A DNA stretch of 64,000 nt from Callorhinchus milii (taxonomy: Eukaryota): the NCBI RefSeq assembly GCF_018977255.1, contig NW_024704742.1:43216001-43280000 (forward strand), written 5' to 3'. The notes below the pieces were generated by a model. It did not search any database. It worked only from the letters and a program-made list of their open reading frames with translations, and was not told the DNA's origin. A program made the position numbers and the translations under genes. Positions 11,945-24,519 of this stretch are shown here, one piece after another. How positions within the stretch are numbered: the first letter of the stretch is position 1; every line of letters starts with the position of its first letter.

Positions 11945-13190
11945 AAGTCCCAATGCAGGTCAAGCTTGTGGCATATAAGACCTGTGTGTAAACAGTCCTC
12001 CATTATGGATTTGAGCTCCTGGAGATGTTTTCTCTGACCCATTTGCAAAGTCCAGGATCAAGCAATGAGGTGGATTTGTGGCAAATACAGGAAGCAGCTG
12101 AAGGGAGGGGAGGCCTACACTGACCTGTTGCAATGCACCCTGGAGGCGGAGGCAGCTTCACAGCTATTTCCCAAGGCCCCTCGCATGAGGACGTGGATTA
12201 AGCAACTGGTGCTGAGTAAACCTGGTACGTGACATTGGATGTGGACCTTGAGAACATCAAGGTGGCTGGCACGTCAAAGCTGTCCTGTAAAGGTCCTCCC
12301 ACCACCCTGAAGGCGGCTGCCCGCCAGACAGCTGATGAGGAAACTCTGAGGCTTGGGGTGACAGCTGCTGGAAGGTGTTACCTGAAGTCTGAGTTCATGA
12401 GCACACATTTTCATGTCTGGTGCCTTGTTTCCACCTTGATGGGCCTGCAGAGTGGCAAGCAGCTGCTGCTTAAACTCCACACCTCCATTTGGTGGAACCA
12501 TCATTCAATGGGAAGGGGTGTGTGCCTGAGTTGCAGCAGAAAGACGGTGGCAATGCTCTCACACATTTCATGCTGAGCTGTGTTGTCCACCGGGAAGCTG
12601 GCAGGGAGTTCCTGGTACCTACAGTCTAGCTAGTGAGGGCCCAAACCCGCATTTGTCAGATATCGAATGACAAGCTAGTGGCTATCCTCCTTGGTGCTGA
12701 ATTGGCTCCAAGGTGACATGCCTGGCAATGGAATGATAGAATTGAGCCATCCCTCTGTGGTGGTCTCAGGAATCTGGTTTCTGAGCCACGCGGGTCCTCA
12801 GTGTTCCAGGGCACTGCTGATGACAGCACAGCCAGCCTGGCTCATCGGCAGGACCTGGAAGAGCAGGCCAGTCACCAGTAATAATGCTTCCAAAAAAAAT
12901 TGCTTCACTCAACCCACAACTCTCTGTGTGGAATTGGCTGCCCACAAAATACACAATCAATTCACATTACAATATGTTCTGCGAAGCACAATGAGATGCA
13001 TCAATGACGTGTTAAGGTGCAATATAAAATGCAAAAAACATTATTCTTTTTATTTTGTTATTATTATTCCAACAGTCTTTCTCTGGAATATCTATGTGTC
13101 AGTGGACTGCATAGAAATCTCAGTTTGGTTTGGATACTCTTAAGCACGATGATGGGTTTCCGCATGTGTCAGACACCTGACTGATCAAAA
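11945..13190 (+). mobile_element. Old non-LTR retrotransposon 3' half, RTE-X-like, interrupted by a SINE fragment at ~12885-13068
   Basis: Manual translation: VKLVAYKTCV*TVLHYGFELL (11959 onward) and KVQDQAMRWICG (RT thumb); GKQLLLKLHT..MGRGVCLSC..(frameshift)HFMLSC (CCHC finger); terminus gatgggtttccgcatgtgtcagacacc plus A-run; four more fragments in window. Confidence 0.72.
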
Positions 13191-16100
13191 AACAGTCATG
13201 ATGTCAATTGCACCAAACTCCGAATGTCCATCACTCCATTCCTCGGCGAGCTCAACTGGCTCCCTGGCTCCTAACTGATGACTTCAAGTTTCTCACCCTC
13301 GTCTATAAAGCTCTAGCACCTCTCTATTTCTATCTCTGACTTTTTGTACGCCTTTCCTCTGCTCAGCCTCTCCACTCAGCTAAGTCAGGCCCGGTGATAC
13401 ACTACAATACAAAATTACACTTCGGGAGGATGTCCCAAGGCACTGAACTGTCAGGGATTAGGACTTGAGCAGTGGGGGGATCAGGAGGGGTGGAGAGCAG
13501 AGAGGGTAGGAGGGAGGCCAAAGGCACCCACATTTCTGAGAGGACCACTGATTCACAGGTGCAAACACATTGAACTAGTGGCTAAAATATCTGAGGCATG
13601 TTTGCCAGTTCGGCACAGTTTCTACTTGTAGAGGGTGATCAGAAACCATCTGTTATTTCCTAAGACAATTACAGAAGAGAATTCCGGTGTATACAGCCAT
13701 TCAGTAGCAGAACTGTTTTTTGGATATAAAAATTGTTACTAAACTCCCTTCTTTGTGCCAGATACAATGTTGATGATATCTGGGAGCTCATCGAGCCTTA
13801 CCAGATAATGATCTGCAGAGCATCCAATAAAAGATTAATCTTCTCAGGTAGGAATTACTGAACAAACCAAACTATTGAGAGGATAAATAAATGCGTAAAT
13901 GCTCATATTTTCTCTATGTACACCTAACGGCAATTTTCATACAAATATGACACAGATTACTGCTTTAGATTGTATTTGTGTCTATCCAGGCTCACAAATA
14001 AGATGTTATAATGATAGCTATGCTCCATTTTATTTTTATCACTGTAATAGACCCATCTTTTGTGAGTGGTCAAGGCAGGCATAAACAATTCAGGCATTCT
14101 GACCAGTAAACTAAAACTAGAAATGCATCAGTACTTATATAATGTTCTGTTAACCATTTGATACAATTCATGTTTAAGAAGATAGACCACAGTTAGATCT
14201 TTGGAGTTCTTATGAAAATCATTGCGCTAAGAATGGCAGTTGATATTTTCATATGTGTGCGTTATGACTTTGAATGATGTGAAATATTATTTACAAGGAG
14301 CTAAGGAAATAATACTTAATACCCACAGAATTAAATGGAATATAGTTCTACATCAGGTCGCAGTCTGTAGCCTGCACGATGACTTCAGTTCTAAAAAGCA
14401 GCGATCCACAGTGCTGAAATGTCACCATGTACAGAAACAAAACTGCTTCTGCATTTGGCATCAGGGGTGCATTACCAGCTGTGTAACATTTGGATTGAGC
14501 CGCACACAAATGACCTTGAAAACCATAGTCATCTGAACCCCATTATAATATCACTGACTAAGCCGAGAGTTCCTTTCTCATTCCAACCTTCTCATGTTTC
14601 TACCAATCTGGGGATTGAAATCCTTCTCTTCACCAATCTTAGTGAAAGTGGAGACACCTTTAACAGGGTTGAACTTTGGATGCTCACGTTAAATGTCTTT
14701 AGCACTTCTTCTAAAATTTCTACCCCTGCAGTCCCAGGGAAAGGAATGTGCAAATAAAAGGGGAAAGACAATTTAGCTTGCCAGTAAGGAAGAGCTCATG
14801 CAAAAATCTACAGCTGAGAAAGCACATCTAGAAATGAGCATTAACTCTAGGTCAGAGCTGGCGTTAATGAGCTTAACAGAGGGCAAGATGTCAAGTATCA
14901 TCTGAGCAGTGACAGAAGTGAAGAGTAGAAAGGGATTTTCTGCCCATTAGCAGTGGTGGTTACTTAAAAATTGGGAAATATTCATGCACAATTTATTTTC
15001 CTTGCTCAAGAATTTAAAATTTAAAGCAAAGTGTGAAAAAAGGTTGAAGAGCAAAACACTCAGTCTCAGTTAGGTTGTACATACACCATCATGCAGTAGC
15101 AATGAAACGCCATCTCTACAATCTGAAACAGCAGTACCAATGACTGCTAACTGGAACAAAGATGGTAGCAACCAGAGGCTGCAGGCTGCTTCACGCCAAA
15201 CCACTGTGAAAAGTTGAAAGGCTGTTCACATCCAAAATTGTAATATTTCTTGGCTGATTTAACGTGGTAATTGGTATGTCAAATCTTTTAAGAAACGTTG
15301 CATTTTTAACCCCGTCATTTTGAGAATAAATTCAGGAGATGTACATGATAAATGCTTCAATATTAATGCTGGTTTTGAGCTGATGGTAATAGATTTTTTT
15401 GGTACAAATGTTTGCAAGATTTCATTGCAGAAAGATTATGATTATACTCAGCTTCCCGGTCTACATCAATATGTCTTATTTGCCCTACTGGGGATTTCTT
15501 ATTTTATTTTGTCAAAATCTCCTTTTTCCTGTTCTCTCGTTGTCTCAAAAAACATTTTGTTCCACAGAGACATTAGCCAACATGTCAATTGTTTAGGTAT
15601 TTAATAAGTGTGAAAGGTACATCATTGAGTGTGTCATCTCACTGCCTACTACCTTTTCTTTAACAATAAAGAAATCACATTTCAAATAGCTTTGAAGAAT
15701 GTTAGGTGCTCCTGTTTTTTCATTAGTATTCCTTTGGAAATTCTGTTTTGCATAGACTTTATATCCCATAGTTACATTCAAAAGGAAATCTGGAAGCTTG
15801 GCAGCCTACTGAATCTGGTAGGGATTTAACTCCGGAATTCTGGTGATATAAATCCTACTAAATTCTCACTAGAGAAATCATAACCAGAAGTACACCTCTC
15901 CAGAGGTGTATTACAAGCTAATATGATCCTGGCTATGCCACAGAGTAAAATCTGAGCTGCCTGGGGCAGAAATTCAGAAATCAGTATCTATCCTGTGTCC
16001 TTGCACACTTAGCATGGTTTTCTCGCTGGGATCTAGTGTGCTCAGCTGTTGCAGAACATTCGATATTTACAGATGTGGGAACAATTAACAAAATAATAGT

Positions 16101-17409
16101 GGCAAGCTCTTTATGCCAAAATATGTGGTGGATTTGATTTGATTTGCTACCCATGTCGAGAAGATTGAAATCTTGCACCTCAGAGGGTGAAAGAGTACCT
16201 AGGTGTTGCATTGATATGTTCGCTCTTTTTATTTGAAAAAATTATGGTGTGAACATTCATGGTATTTGGCAGTTCTTTTCCTTTTCACCACAAACGAGAT
16301 TAACACAGGACAGCTATAAGTTTTATATAAAGCATCTTAGACAGTAAGGATGGTAATCTATGTGATTATTTGCTAAAAAAACCCAAATAGGACAGAGAAC
16401 TCAAGATAATTTCAAAATCGTGTGAGATTTATTCATTATGTATGTCGGTTTCTTAATATGTAGTCTGTAAGATGCCTACAGCTTCCGCATACCAAGCGCT
16501 TTAACTGAAGACATTTTCTACCAGACATGTACACCATCCACCACCACATTGTTTTATTTGAATCGCAAATAGCAACTCCTGCAAGAAACCAGACAGTGTC
16601 ACAATGAACTGTGAGAACTCCACTTCAACTCGGCCACGGAAAGAGACCTGGTTGAAGGCTCAGCCTCCATTAGAATGGATCTTGTGCAGGAACCCAGCAG
16701 AAAATCCTTGAGTATGGTGTGGAATAAAACACTAGAGAAGGTCGCACTGATTAGAAGAATGAGCTGGTGGAGGAATTTGTAAAGGGAGTTCAAGGATAAT
16801 CAAAAGAGGGAGACTTCCTTTCAGCACAAAAGTGAAAGACAATTCCTATACATTATAAATGCAATGAAAATAATTGACATATGTGTTCCAGTCCTCAATG
16901 TCATACGAAATCTCCCTAACTGGCATAAATAGATGTATAAGTCCCACATTGTAAACAAAGTGAGCTATTTGCCTTCACATTGGCTTCCTGAATCCACTTC
17001 AGTTCCAGGTCTGAGGCAATTAAAAAAAATTAAATAAAATGAAAAGTAAACTTCAGTAATGTATGTGTTCTGGCAAGCTGTGCAACTGATGGGTGGAATG
17101 GGGTTCATGCCTAGAATTCTCATCATAGCAAGGTTATGATGTCAGGCGTAAAGTTCAGGAGAGATGCAGAATGCTTCCTCACAACGAGTGTGAAAGAAAA
17201 AAGTGAGTCATTAGGGTGCAATTAACCATTCCTACATACAAGCAGCGGAAGAGTACAATTGACAGATGTATAAGAAAGACATTTTAAAATAGCACCTTAT
17301 CCCTTTGACACATTTCATAGATTATCACTCTCAAATGTAGGGACTGTTTTGCAGTTGACTTCTGCAGCCATTTGACTTCATAGATGAGGAAGCATCTTAA
17401 AGAAGAATT

Positions 17410-17520
17410 TTTTATTGGTTTGCCAGGTCTAACACATGCAAAAACCCATCACAATGCTTAAGAGTCTCTAAGATAACTACTGAGAATTTCACACATATAT
17501 GGTTTCAGTTTCTCTCCCAG
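17410..17520 (-). mobile_element. RTE-X-like family 3' terminal fragment
   Basis: Reverse complement actcttaagcattgtgatgggtttttgcatgtgttagacctg matches 13137-13180 and 50938-50980. Confidence 0.7.
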
Positions 17521-17670
17521 ACAAATGCACACATTTTAGCTAATCCTGGAGATGTTAGACACCCATTGACAAGAACCAAGGCTTGCGAATCCCAGAGTGT
17601 GCATACTGATAAGGTTTAACTAGCTAGAACCTAAAGACGATATGAGAAGAGAAAATAATGACATTGTAGA

Positions 17671-17707
17671 AAAGAGGTAATAAAGAGGTAATAAAGAGGT
17701 AACAAAG
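17671..17707. repeat. 11-bp tandem repeat (AAAGAGGTAAT) x3
   Basis: Directly visible. Confidence 0.9.
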
Positions 17708-17949
17708 CTAAAATCAAACAAAATTGACAGATGTTCAATTCAGACAAAGCCACCCAAATCAGACAATTCAGTTAGGTTTGGATTTTGGTTCCATGTCATC
17801 CTGCTAAGCAGGACTGCCCAAATTGAATGTGAAAATGCCGATATCCGATATAAAATTTACAGGTTTAACAATGCAGACAAGGGGAAAGAATTCTCCAAGA
17901 AAATAAAATGATGCAATAAAAATGAATAATTTTACATATGGAAAATATA

Positions 17950-18620
17950 GTCCACAGATGTTCTCAGTGATTCCAAACATTATCATGATGTCAAAGCTGT
18001 AAACCACCAGGATGAATCCAGAAATCATGAATTTACGTCATGAGGAAAATTTTAAAAAAACTGACAAAATGCAAAATACTGCAGATACTAAAAACAGAAG
18101 TTGCTGGAAACACTCAGCAGGTCAGGCAGCATCTATTGAGAAAGGAAAGTGAGTCAACGTTTTGGGTCCACGACCCTTCGTCAGAACAGAAATTTTGACG
18201 AAGGGTCGTGAACCCGAAACGTTGACTCACTTTCCTTCCTCCACAGATGTTGCCTGCTGAGTGTTCCCAGCGACTTCTGGTAAAAAAGCTGAGTCTGTTC
18301 TCTTTGCAAAAAAAGAAATTTTAAGATGATCCAATTGAAGTTTTCCACAATTAGACAGAAAACTGACAAAGCTGATGTAGGCAAATTGTTCACTGTGGTG
18401 AAAGGTTCAGATACCAGGGGACACACGTTAATAATGTGCTAGCATGCTTAGACTTGTGGAATAAATAATCATTTCAGCTGACAGTATAAATGGGTTCAAC
18501 AGCCAACAAGCCACATTTCAAGAGTGAGAAAGGAGAGAGGATTATGGTGAGAAGCTGGCTTGGTGGGGTTAAGAATCAAAAAGCAATCAGTTTCTTCAGG
18601 TTTAATGTCCTTTTCCTATT
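17950..18620 (+). mobile_element. Old CR1 3' remnant hosting a palindromic element
   Basis: Sequence across the insertion reads ..HEEN.KKLSLFSLQK.. and ..DPIEVF.., the degenerate CR1 ORF2 C-terminus. Confidence 0.65.
18065..18280. mobile_element. Palindromic Penelope-like non-autonomous element with hammerhead-like motifs
   Basis: ~90-bp inverted arms around 18188-18193; (C/T)TGACGA-A-GGGT..ACCC-(G/A)AAACGTT on both strands; flanking direct repeats taaaaaa(a/g)ctga at 18053-18064 and 18281-18292. Confidence 0.8.
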
Positions 18621-20984
18621 CCACAATATTCTTGGTGTCAAATTTATATTGTAAAGGGAGCTATCGGTTCATTTACAGCTGTCTATTTTGTCTTAAAATT
18701 TAAGATTGCTTACAATCTTAATACAATCTTAATTTGGAAGCCATTATTCTGCTATCGTAAAAAGAATCAACAACCAAATAGGAACTGAATTTTAGGAATC
18801 ATTAAGGGTTTATCCCCTATCTTAGGGACATCATGACATTACATCATGGGGGAATCCCCGAGACAACGTAAAATTACCCTCTGTGGTATCCCTGGGGTCT
18901 GCCCTGTGATATCATGAATGGTGACAACGGACAGTGAGCATGTTCCATTCATGATGATAGAGGGTGCGCAAGGTTGTAAATGCTCGTTTCTAGGGTGACA
19001 AGCAATGACATATGCGTCACTCAATACACAGGCTACTTCCCTGTACATCATTATTGGCAATTCAGTACTTTCCCTTCATTTTACCTGTAGATTTTGTCAA
19101 GTTTAAGTGATTTCTGGTTTTACAATAAACGTGCCAAGCAGTGTTTTACCAGTGCTTTGGAGTAACTTTATAGTAGCATGTGTTATTAAATCAATATGCT
19201 ACTGGCTCTTCTGCTTGTCCACCTGTTGGCTGACTTACTGGATAACAGTGGAACCCTGTGAGATTGCCCGTGGGTTAAACCATAAAGCTATGCAAAGTAT
19301 GTAGCATCAAGCATAGAAACATGTGCTTGAATTGATAGATACCCTGAAGTGCTGTTTCAAATATCTGCCCTCCTACAAGGACTAGACTTCCTGTAAGTAC
19401 TGCCTGCAGCATTCTCTGAAGTTATCTCACCTTCAATGAAATAAAACCATTCTGTAAACACTATTCTGAAACATTTAGATGTATATCTTTGATCTACGAT
19501 TTCAATGAAATCCAAATATTTTGAGTGTTCTAACTCTCAAATGCTGCTGTTTGCAACAAAAACTTATTTTTGATGGATGTGTACATTGATTTAATTATAA
19601 AATGTTGCTGTACTGCTGCAACTTCAAGAAGATAACAGATTATTCTGCTATAAGTGCTCAGTGGGTCCTTTAGCTGATCTATCAGTAAGTTTCACAAATG
19701 GTGCCACTGTACAATTTTAAAAGTATAAAATTATTGTTTCATGTTCAATAAAGATATTAATTACAATCCAGAAAAAGAAGGAAAGTAGCATTTAACCTAC
19801 ATCCACAAATATACTTGGAGCCCTGCATTTTATAAGCTGAAAAAATGGTACATCCTTTTTTATTAAAGATATAAACTGACTAATACAAATAGCAACTACA
19901 TAAAATATCAATGAAACCAAACCTAAGGTTACATTTCAATGAGATTTCAGGCACTTGAAAACAGTGTTTTGAATTACATCTCCAGAGAACAGTTTCACAG
20001 CAGCAGAGAGACAGGTAGTTTCTTTGCCGAAAACAAAAGATTAATGCCCTCCATAAAACATTAGCTAATTTTCCTCAGAACTAATTTACTCAAAACCCTT
20101 GAAAGCAAAAATTAAGCTTGTTTGAAGGGGTGACTTAGGGCAAGTTTAGCTGAGCATCTTTCTTCTGTTTTGCATTCAATGCATTGTTACTAACCAACAA
20201 ATAAAATTCTGAAGTGAGCAAATGAAAACATACATAACACAAAATTCAACAAATGTACCCTCAGTTGAACACATTTTAATATCCATGTAAAGCTGTAGTG
20301 CTTCACTATTGATTTTTCATAGAATATAGTTCTTCACCTCAGAAATGCACTTGAATATAAAAAAAATCTCATTGCACACATGATCCAATTTGAAGTTATT
20401 TTATTTTTTCTCGTGGGAATCGATATCAGAAAACATGTGGCTTGTGTATTTATGGTGTGGACTTCCAGTGCTGCTCAGTTCTGGGTACTGTGCTTTGTGA
20501 TTGGCAGAAGCTAGGGGTGAAGGGAAGAGGTTAGTGCCATCAGTATACAAACCATACAGTTCCTTGTATTGATCCTCACCAGGAAAAAATGGAATTAGCT
20601 CTAAAACTAACTGCACCTAGAATGTGATTTTTTACACAGGTATGAGTCTTCAGCAAAGACCTTTGCTCTGAGAAAATGGAGGTACTAAGATGTTAACTGC
20701 ATTGCTCTGGGACATGTCCATACAGCACACAGGGAAAGGAAAACAATTCACTCATATTAAGGAACTAAAATTTTACCCAATCATGACCAATTTGTTTTTT
20801 AAACGTAAGATAATATAATAATAATCCTCTATAGAATTGTGGAAAATCCTTCAATTTAGTCTACGTGTAGTCTAAATTTAGAAGTTTTTTTTAAGGACTG
20901 CAGAAAACTACTAGCTACCATATTATGACTGGAACAAAACATTTTCAACACTTTTGCAAATCAAACTTAAATTTTAGGACAAAA

Positions 20985-21310
20985 TGATCTTCAAGATTTT
21001 GATCTCCACATATAAATCCCTCTCTGCCCTAGCACCTCCCCATCTTCCTGATCTGCTCTCACCCACTCCTTCCCTTACCCCCCTCCACTCAGCTGTACAT
21101 CTTTTCCCCTCTGCCCCCCCCCCATCATGCCACAATTAGTGCCACCGTGCCTCTATCATCCCGCCCCCTCTCTATCTGTCTTTAAATCCCATTTACCTCT
21201 GTGCCTATGGCCATCTTCATGTCCCTGTTCTCCCTTGCTCACAATCCTGCCAAGGCGTGCCAGGATATTAGCCGACTGAAGTACCCTATATAAATGCAGG
21301 TTGTTGTTGA
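20985..21310 (+). mobile_element. Degenerate L2 3' end
   Basis: cttcaagattttgatctcc..ataaatccctc (FKIL..YKSL motif); tail ccctatataaatgcaggttgttgttg. Confidence 0.75.
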
Positions 21311-21551
21311 TCTTACCAGCTAAGACTAGGTGGAATTTTGAGCCCCTTTTTTTTTAAATTGCTATTTCTTTAGCAATTATGGTGAGTGAGACGCCCACAG
21401 ATTCAATGCGCATGTAAAGATTGGTACACAAACTTTAGATCATTTAAGTTATGCATCTGTTACAGAAGAAGTAGATATTTTCGAGTAAGATATTGTTGCC
21501 AGGGACACAAGAAACAGTACTAGTTTTTCTACTAGCTCAGGTAGGTTAAAC

Positions 21552-21735
21552 CAGGTTGGTCCAACTTCTTGGTTGTCGAGTGCCGAATGCCCTATTTGAG
21601 AAACATCTGCGGGCCGCATAAGCAATATTTTTGTGTTTCCTTTCCAGGAATATAACATAAGATTTATGGGTGTGCCAGATGAAATGGAGGGAGGGGCGCT
21701 GGATGTGGCCCACAGCCACCAGTTGGACCATCAGG
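21552..21735. mobile_element. hAT/Charlie-type MITE
   Basis: Imperfect TIRs caggttggtccaact / agttggaccatcagg; subterminal gcgggccgca and ggatgtggccc motifs typical of Charlie non-autonomous elements. Confidence 0.7.
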
Positions 21736-22889
21736 ATTAGATGCAGAAGAAAGAGCAGAAGAAAGCTCAGTGAAAGAAACAGCTATTTGGCCCATTAAAC
21801 GTGTTTGTTTCACAGACTACACTAAACCTGAACACCAGTCTATCCAGTCTGCTGAGGGGCATTCTGCACAGGAACTCCTGATCACCAATGGTAATTCAAT
21901 AACACTAAGGAATATTCATCCAATTTTACACCTGCAGTATTCAACCCTGCTTCTCTTTACAAATTGTACAGCTCATTTGACCAAATGAGAGCACAAGTAG
22001 CTAGTAGGTCTTTCTCCTCTCCTGTTCCTCTCTTGAACTGGTTGGGTACTTTTTTCCTTCCGCTGAAGTACAGTTTCATATGCTTCACCTCAGTAGCCAT
22101 TTATTGCAACTTAATTATTGCATTTGTAATTATTTTATAAAGAAAATGGAAAAAGAATAAGCTGAGCAACAAGATAGAGCTTCTATCCACAGATTTACCT
22201 GATGTTGTAAATGCAGAATTTTCAAATACCACTATTTACAAGAGAAACTGTGGAAACCTATATATTTTGCGTATCAGCAATTTCTTTGTGCATAAATGTC
22301 TATGTTGAGAAAAGCTACATATTTCAAGTAAATAGACTGATTTGTGTGGGATCTTGAAACACAAAAAAAATTATTAGAAATGGAAATCTAATACTTTTGT
22401 GAACTAGATATATAATTCATCAAGATGAAACATTCTTCTCTCATGAAAAGCCTGATCCAAAATCTGAACCTGTTTTTCTCTTTCAAATGCTAATTGACCT
22501 CAAGTGCATCTCCTACATTTCCTGTTTCATTTCAAATATTCTACCTCAGCAGGTTTTCTTTATCATTTTACATGATAAAGCGTAATTTAGAATAATAATC
22601 CTTACATTTGATGTAGAACCTTAGCTAGTTTAAACCTTAGAGATGATATAAAGGAATGCAAATTGAGGCCTCTAATTTGTTCGTGAAAATTAGCACATTA
22701 TTGAAAAATGCTGCCCACACAGGAAAAAGATAACTAAAGGCTAGTTCATTAGCCCACAGGTGTGGTTCTCTTGATGACATTACAATGTTTGTACAGAAAC
22801 CACCCCATGGCACCTACTGCATTTGCCAGCCCATGGATAATGGCATTGTAGTGGAACACCAGCTACCAAACTGTTTTCTTTTGATGATT

Positions 22890-23230
22890 TAATCGTTGCA
22901 TTTGGTATAGCCCTTTCAGGTCGGGAGGACGACTCAAAGAGCTTCATAGCGTTTACAGTAAAATGTAATTACTGTATTTGTAGGCAGTATCCCCTTTGCA
23001 AACAGCAATGTCCTACAAAAACCCATGGAGGGAATGACCAATTTTATTTGGTGGATTGATGACCAGGATACCAGGAGAAACTCCCTCCTCTTTTCAAATA
23101 ATGCCACAGGATCTTTAACTTCCACCTGAACAGGGAGACAAGACCTCAGCTTAACAATTAATCAGAAAGCCAGCATTCCGACATTGCTGGTACCCTGAGC
23201 ACTGCACTGGAATGTCAACCTATATAATGG
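22890..23230 (-). mobile_element. DeuSINE family B (head missing)
   Basis: Deu domain atgccacaggatctttaacttccacctgaacagg and L2-like tail on the reverse strand. Confidence 0.82.
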
Positions 23231-24519
23231 ATCATGGCATGGGAGCTCACTCGCTGGCACTGCAGTGCTGCAATGCCTGGCAGGTCAAATGGGCACTGGG
23301 CGCCTGCTTCAAGATCAACCAAGGGGTAGACTTGTGGACCAGTTGCTGTCTTTCGTTATTGACTAATGGCATTTTTCAATTAAATAATTAATACAGGAAG
23401 CAATTTTTTCCCCCAAAATGCTAATATATAAAATAACACATTTTTTAAAATCTTAGTTCCACCACTTGCCCTTTCAAAGAATGAACAGCAGACCTGTTAA
23501 ATGCCTCTTTCATGACTATCATCTTAGAAACAAAACACAGTTCACTGGTAATTCATTCCAAGCGCTATACGCACGCACGGGCATGTGCTCCCGTAATTCT
23601 CATTTACAGCTTTACTGTTTGGCCAATGGCAGCAAGCAAGGTCACAACATTCAAAGTACAACTCCTCGTAGCAAGTGGCTCAAAATCAATTTGCAAACAT
23701 GCATCTCGCTTACGAAAACATCTCCTTTCCCTGAGTATGATGAAAAATAATCTCACAAAAAGTGAAAGCGACATGTTTGGACACTTAAGTTTATGATCAT
23801 TATTTGCACTGCATTTTGCTCAATTTTATGGTTTTTGATACTTTTCTAAAAATACTGTAATTATACGCCACTGAAAACCCCTGAGCATTTTTGAAAAATG
23901 TTAACTTATTTGTCCAACAAATTTACAGCACTGAAATGCAGCACTTTTATTTCCATTACATCTTTCAGCTGGGGTCAACAAAGAAATATCTTTGGAAAGG
24001 AAGATCTCAGCAATGGGCCACAACACAAAGAGCTTCCTTCTCAGCTATGTGACATGTCATATGGCTGCTCTCTGCATTCCTCCAGTTCACACCATCATAA
24101 AAGGGAGCGTGAATGACTGTTGCCATTTTTATTCTACTGATTGCAAAAGCTATTTTAATTTCAGCCTCACTGCCTAGAGCATTCCTGCCCATAACCCAAA
24201 TGTAGCAGGCTGAAGCTCCCAAGAAGAAACAGACAGAAAACATAAATATTGACCTGGATAGTAGGTTTATTTTCTGTAGATTTTTTCTACTAGCAAGTTA
24301 ATTTTTAAACAGTTTGCAGCCTCCTAGCAGTGGTAGTAATTTATAACAACCATTAACCACATCTGTTTTTTACCAGTCTGATTTTTAAACATTTTTTTGA
24401 GAGGCCTTCTTGAAAAAGCATTTGGAAACATTGTTAGTGGAGCGAAACTAGTTAAATGAGCAAAGTATCATTTTATCAGGGTGTTATCAAGCTGGTCTGA
24501 CTTGAAGAATATGACAATA

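Noticed and set aside
12332..12344. CTGATGAG-GAAAC hammerhead-like core
   Set aside because: No stem II between the boxes; lies in decayed LINE coding sequence, so a chance match.
14460..14760. Apparent minus-strand acceptor (ctttccctgggactgcag|G) and exon
   Set aside because: All three frames hit stops with no donor or recognisable protein; the junction coincides with a GGGGTAGAAATT MITE-type terminus.
15893..15912. Small hairpin tacacctc-tcca-gaggtgta (similar ones at ~20852 and ~48104)
   Set aside because: Stems this short are expected by chance in 64 kb.
23560..23720. CpG cluster with CCAAT and CAAGGTCA motifs
   Set aside because: Short motifs expected by chance; no independent support for regulatory function.
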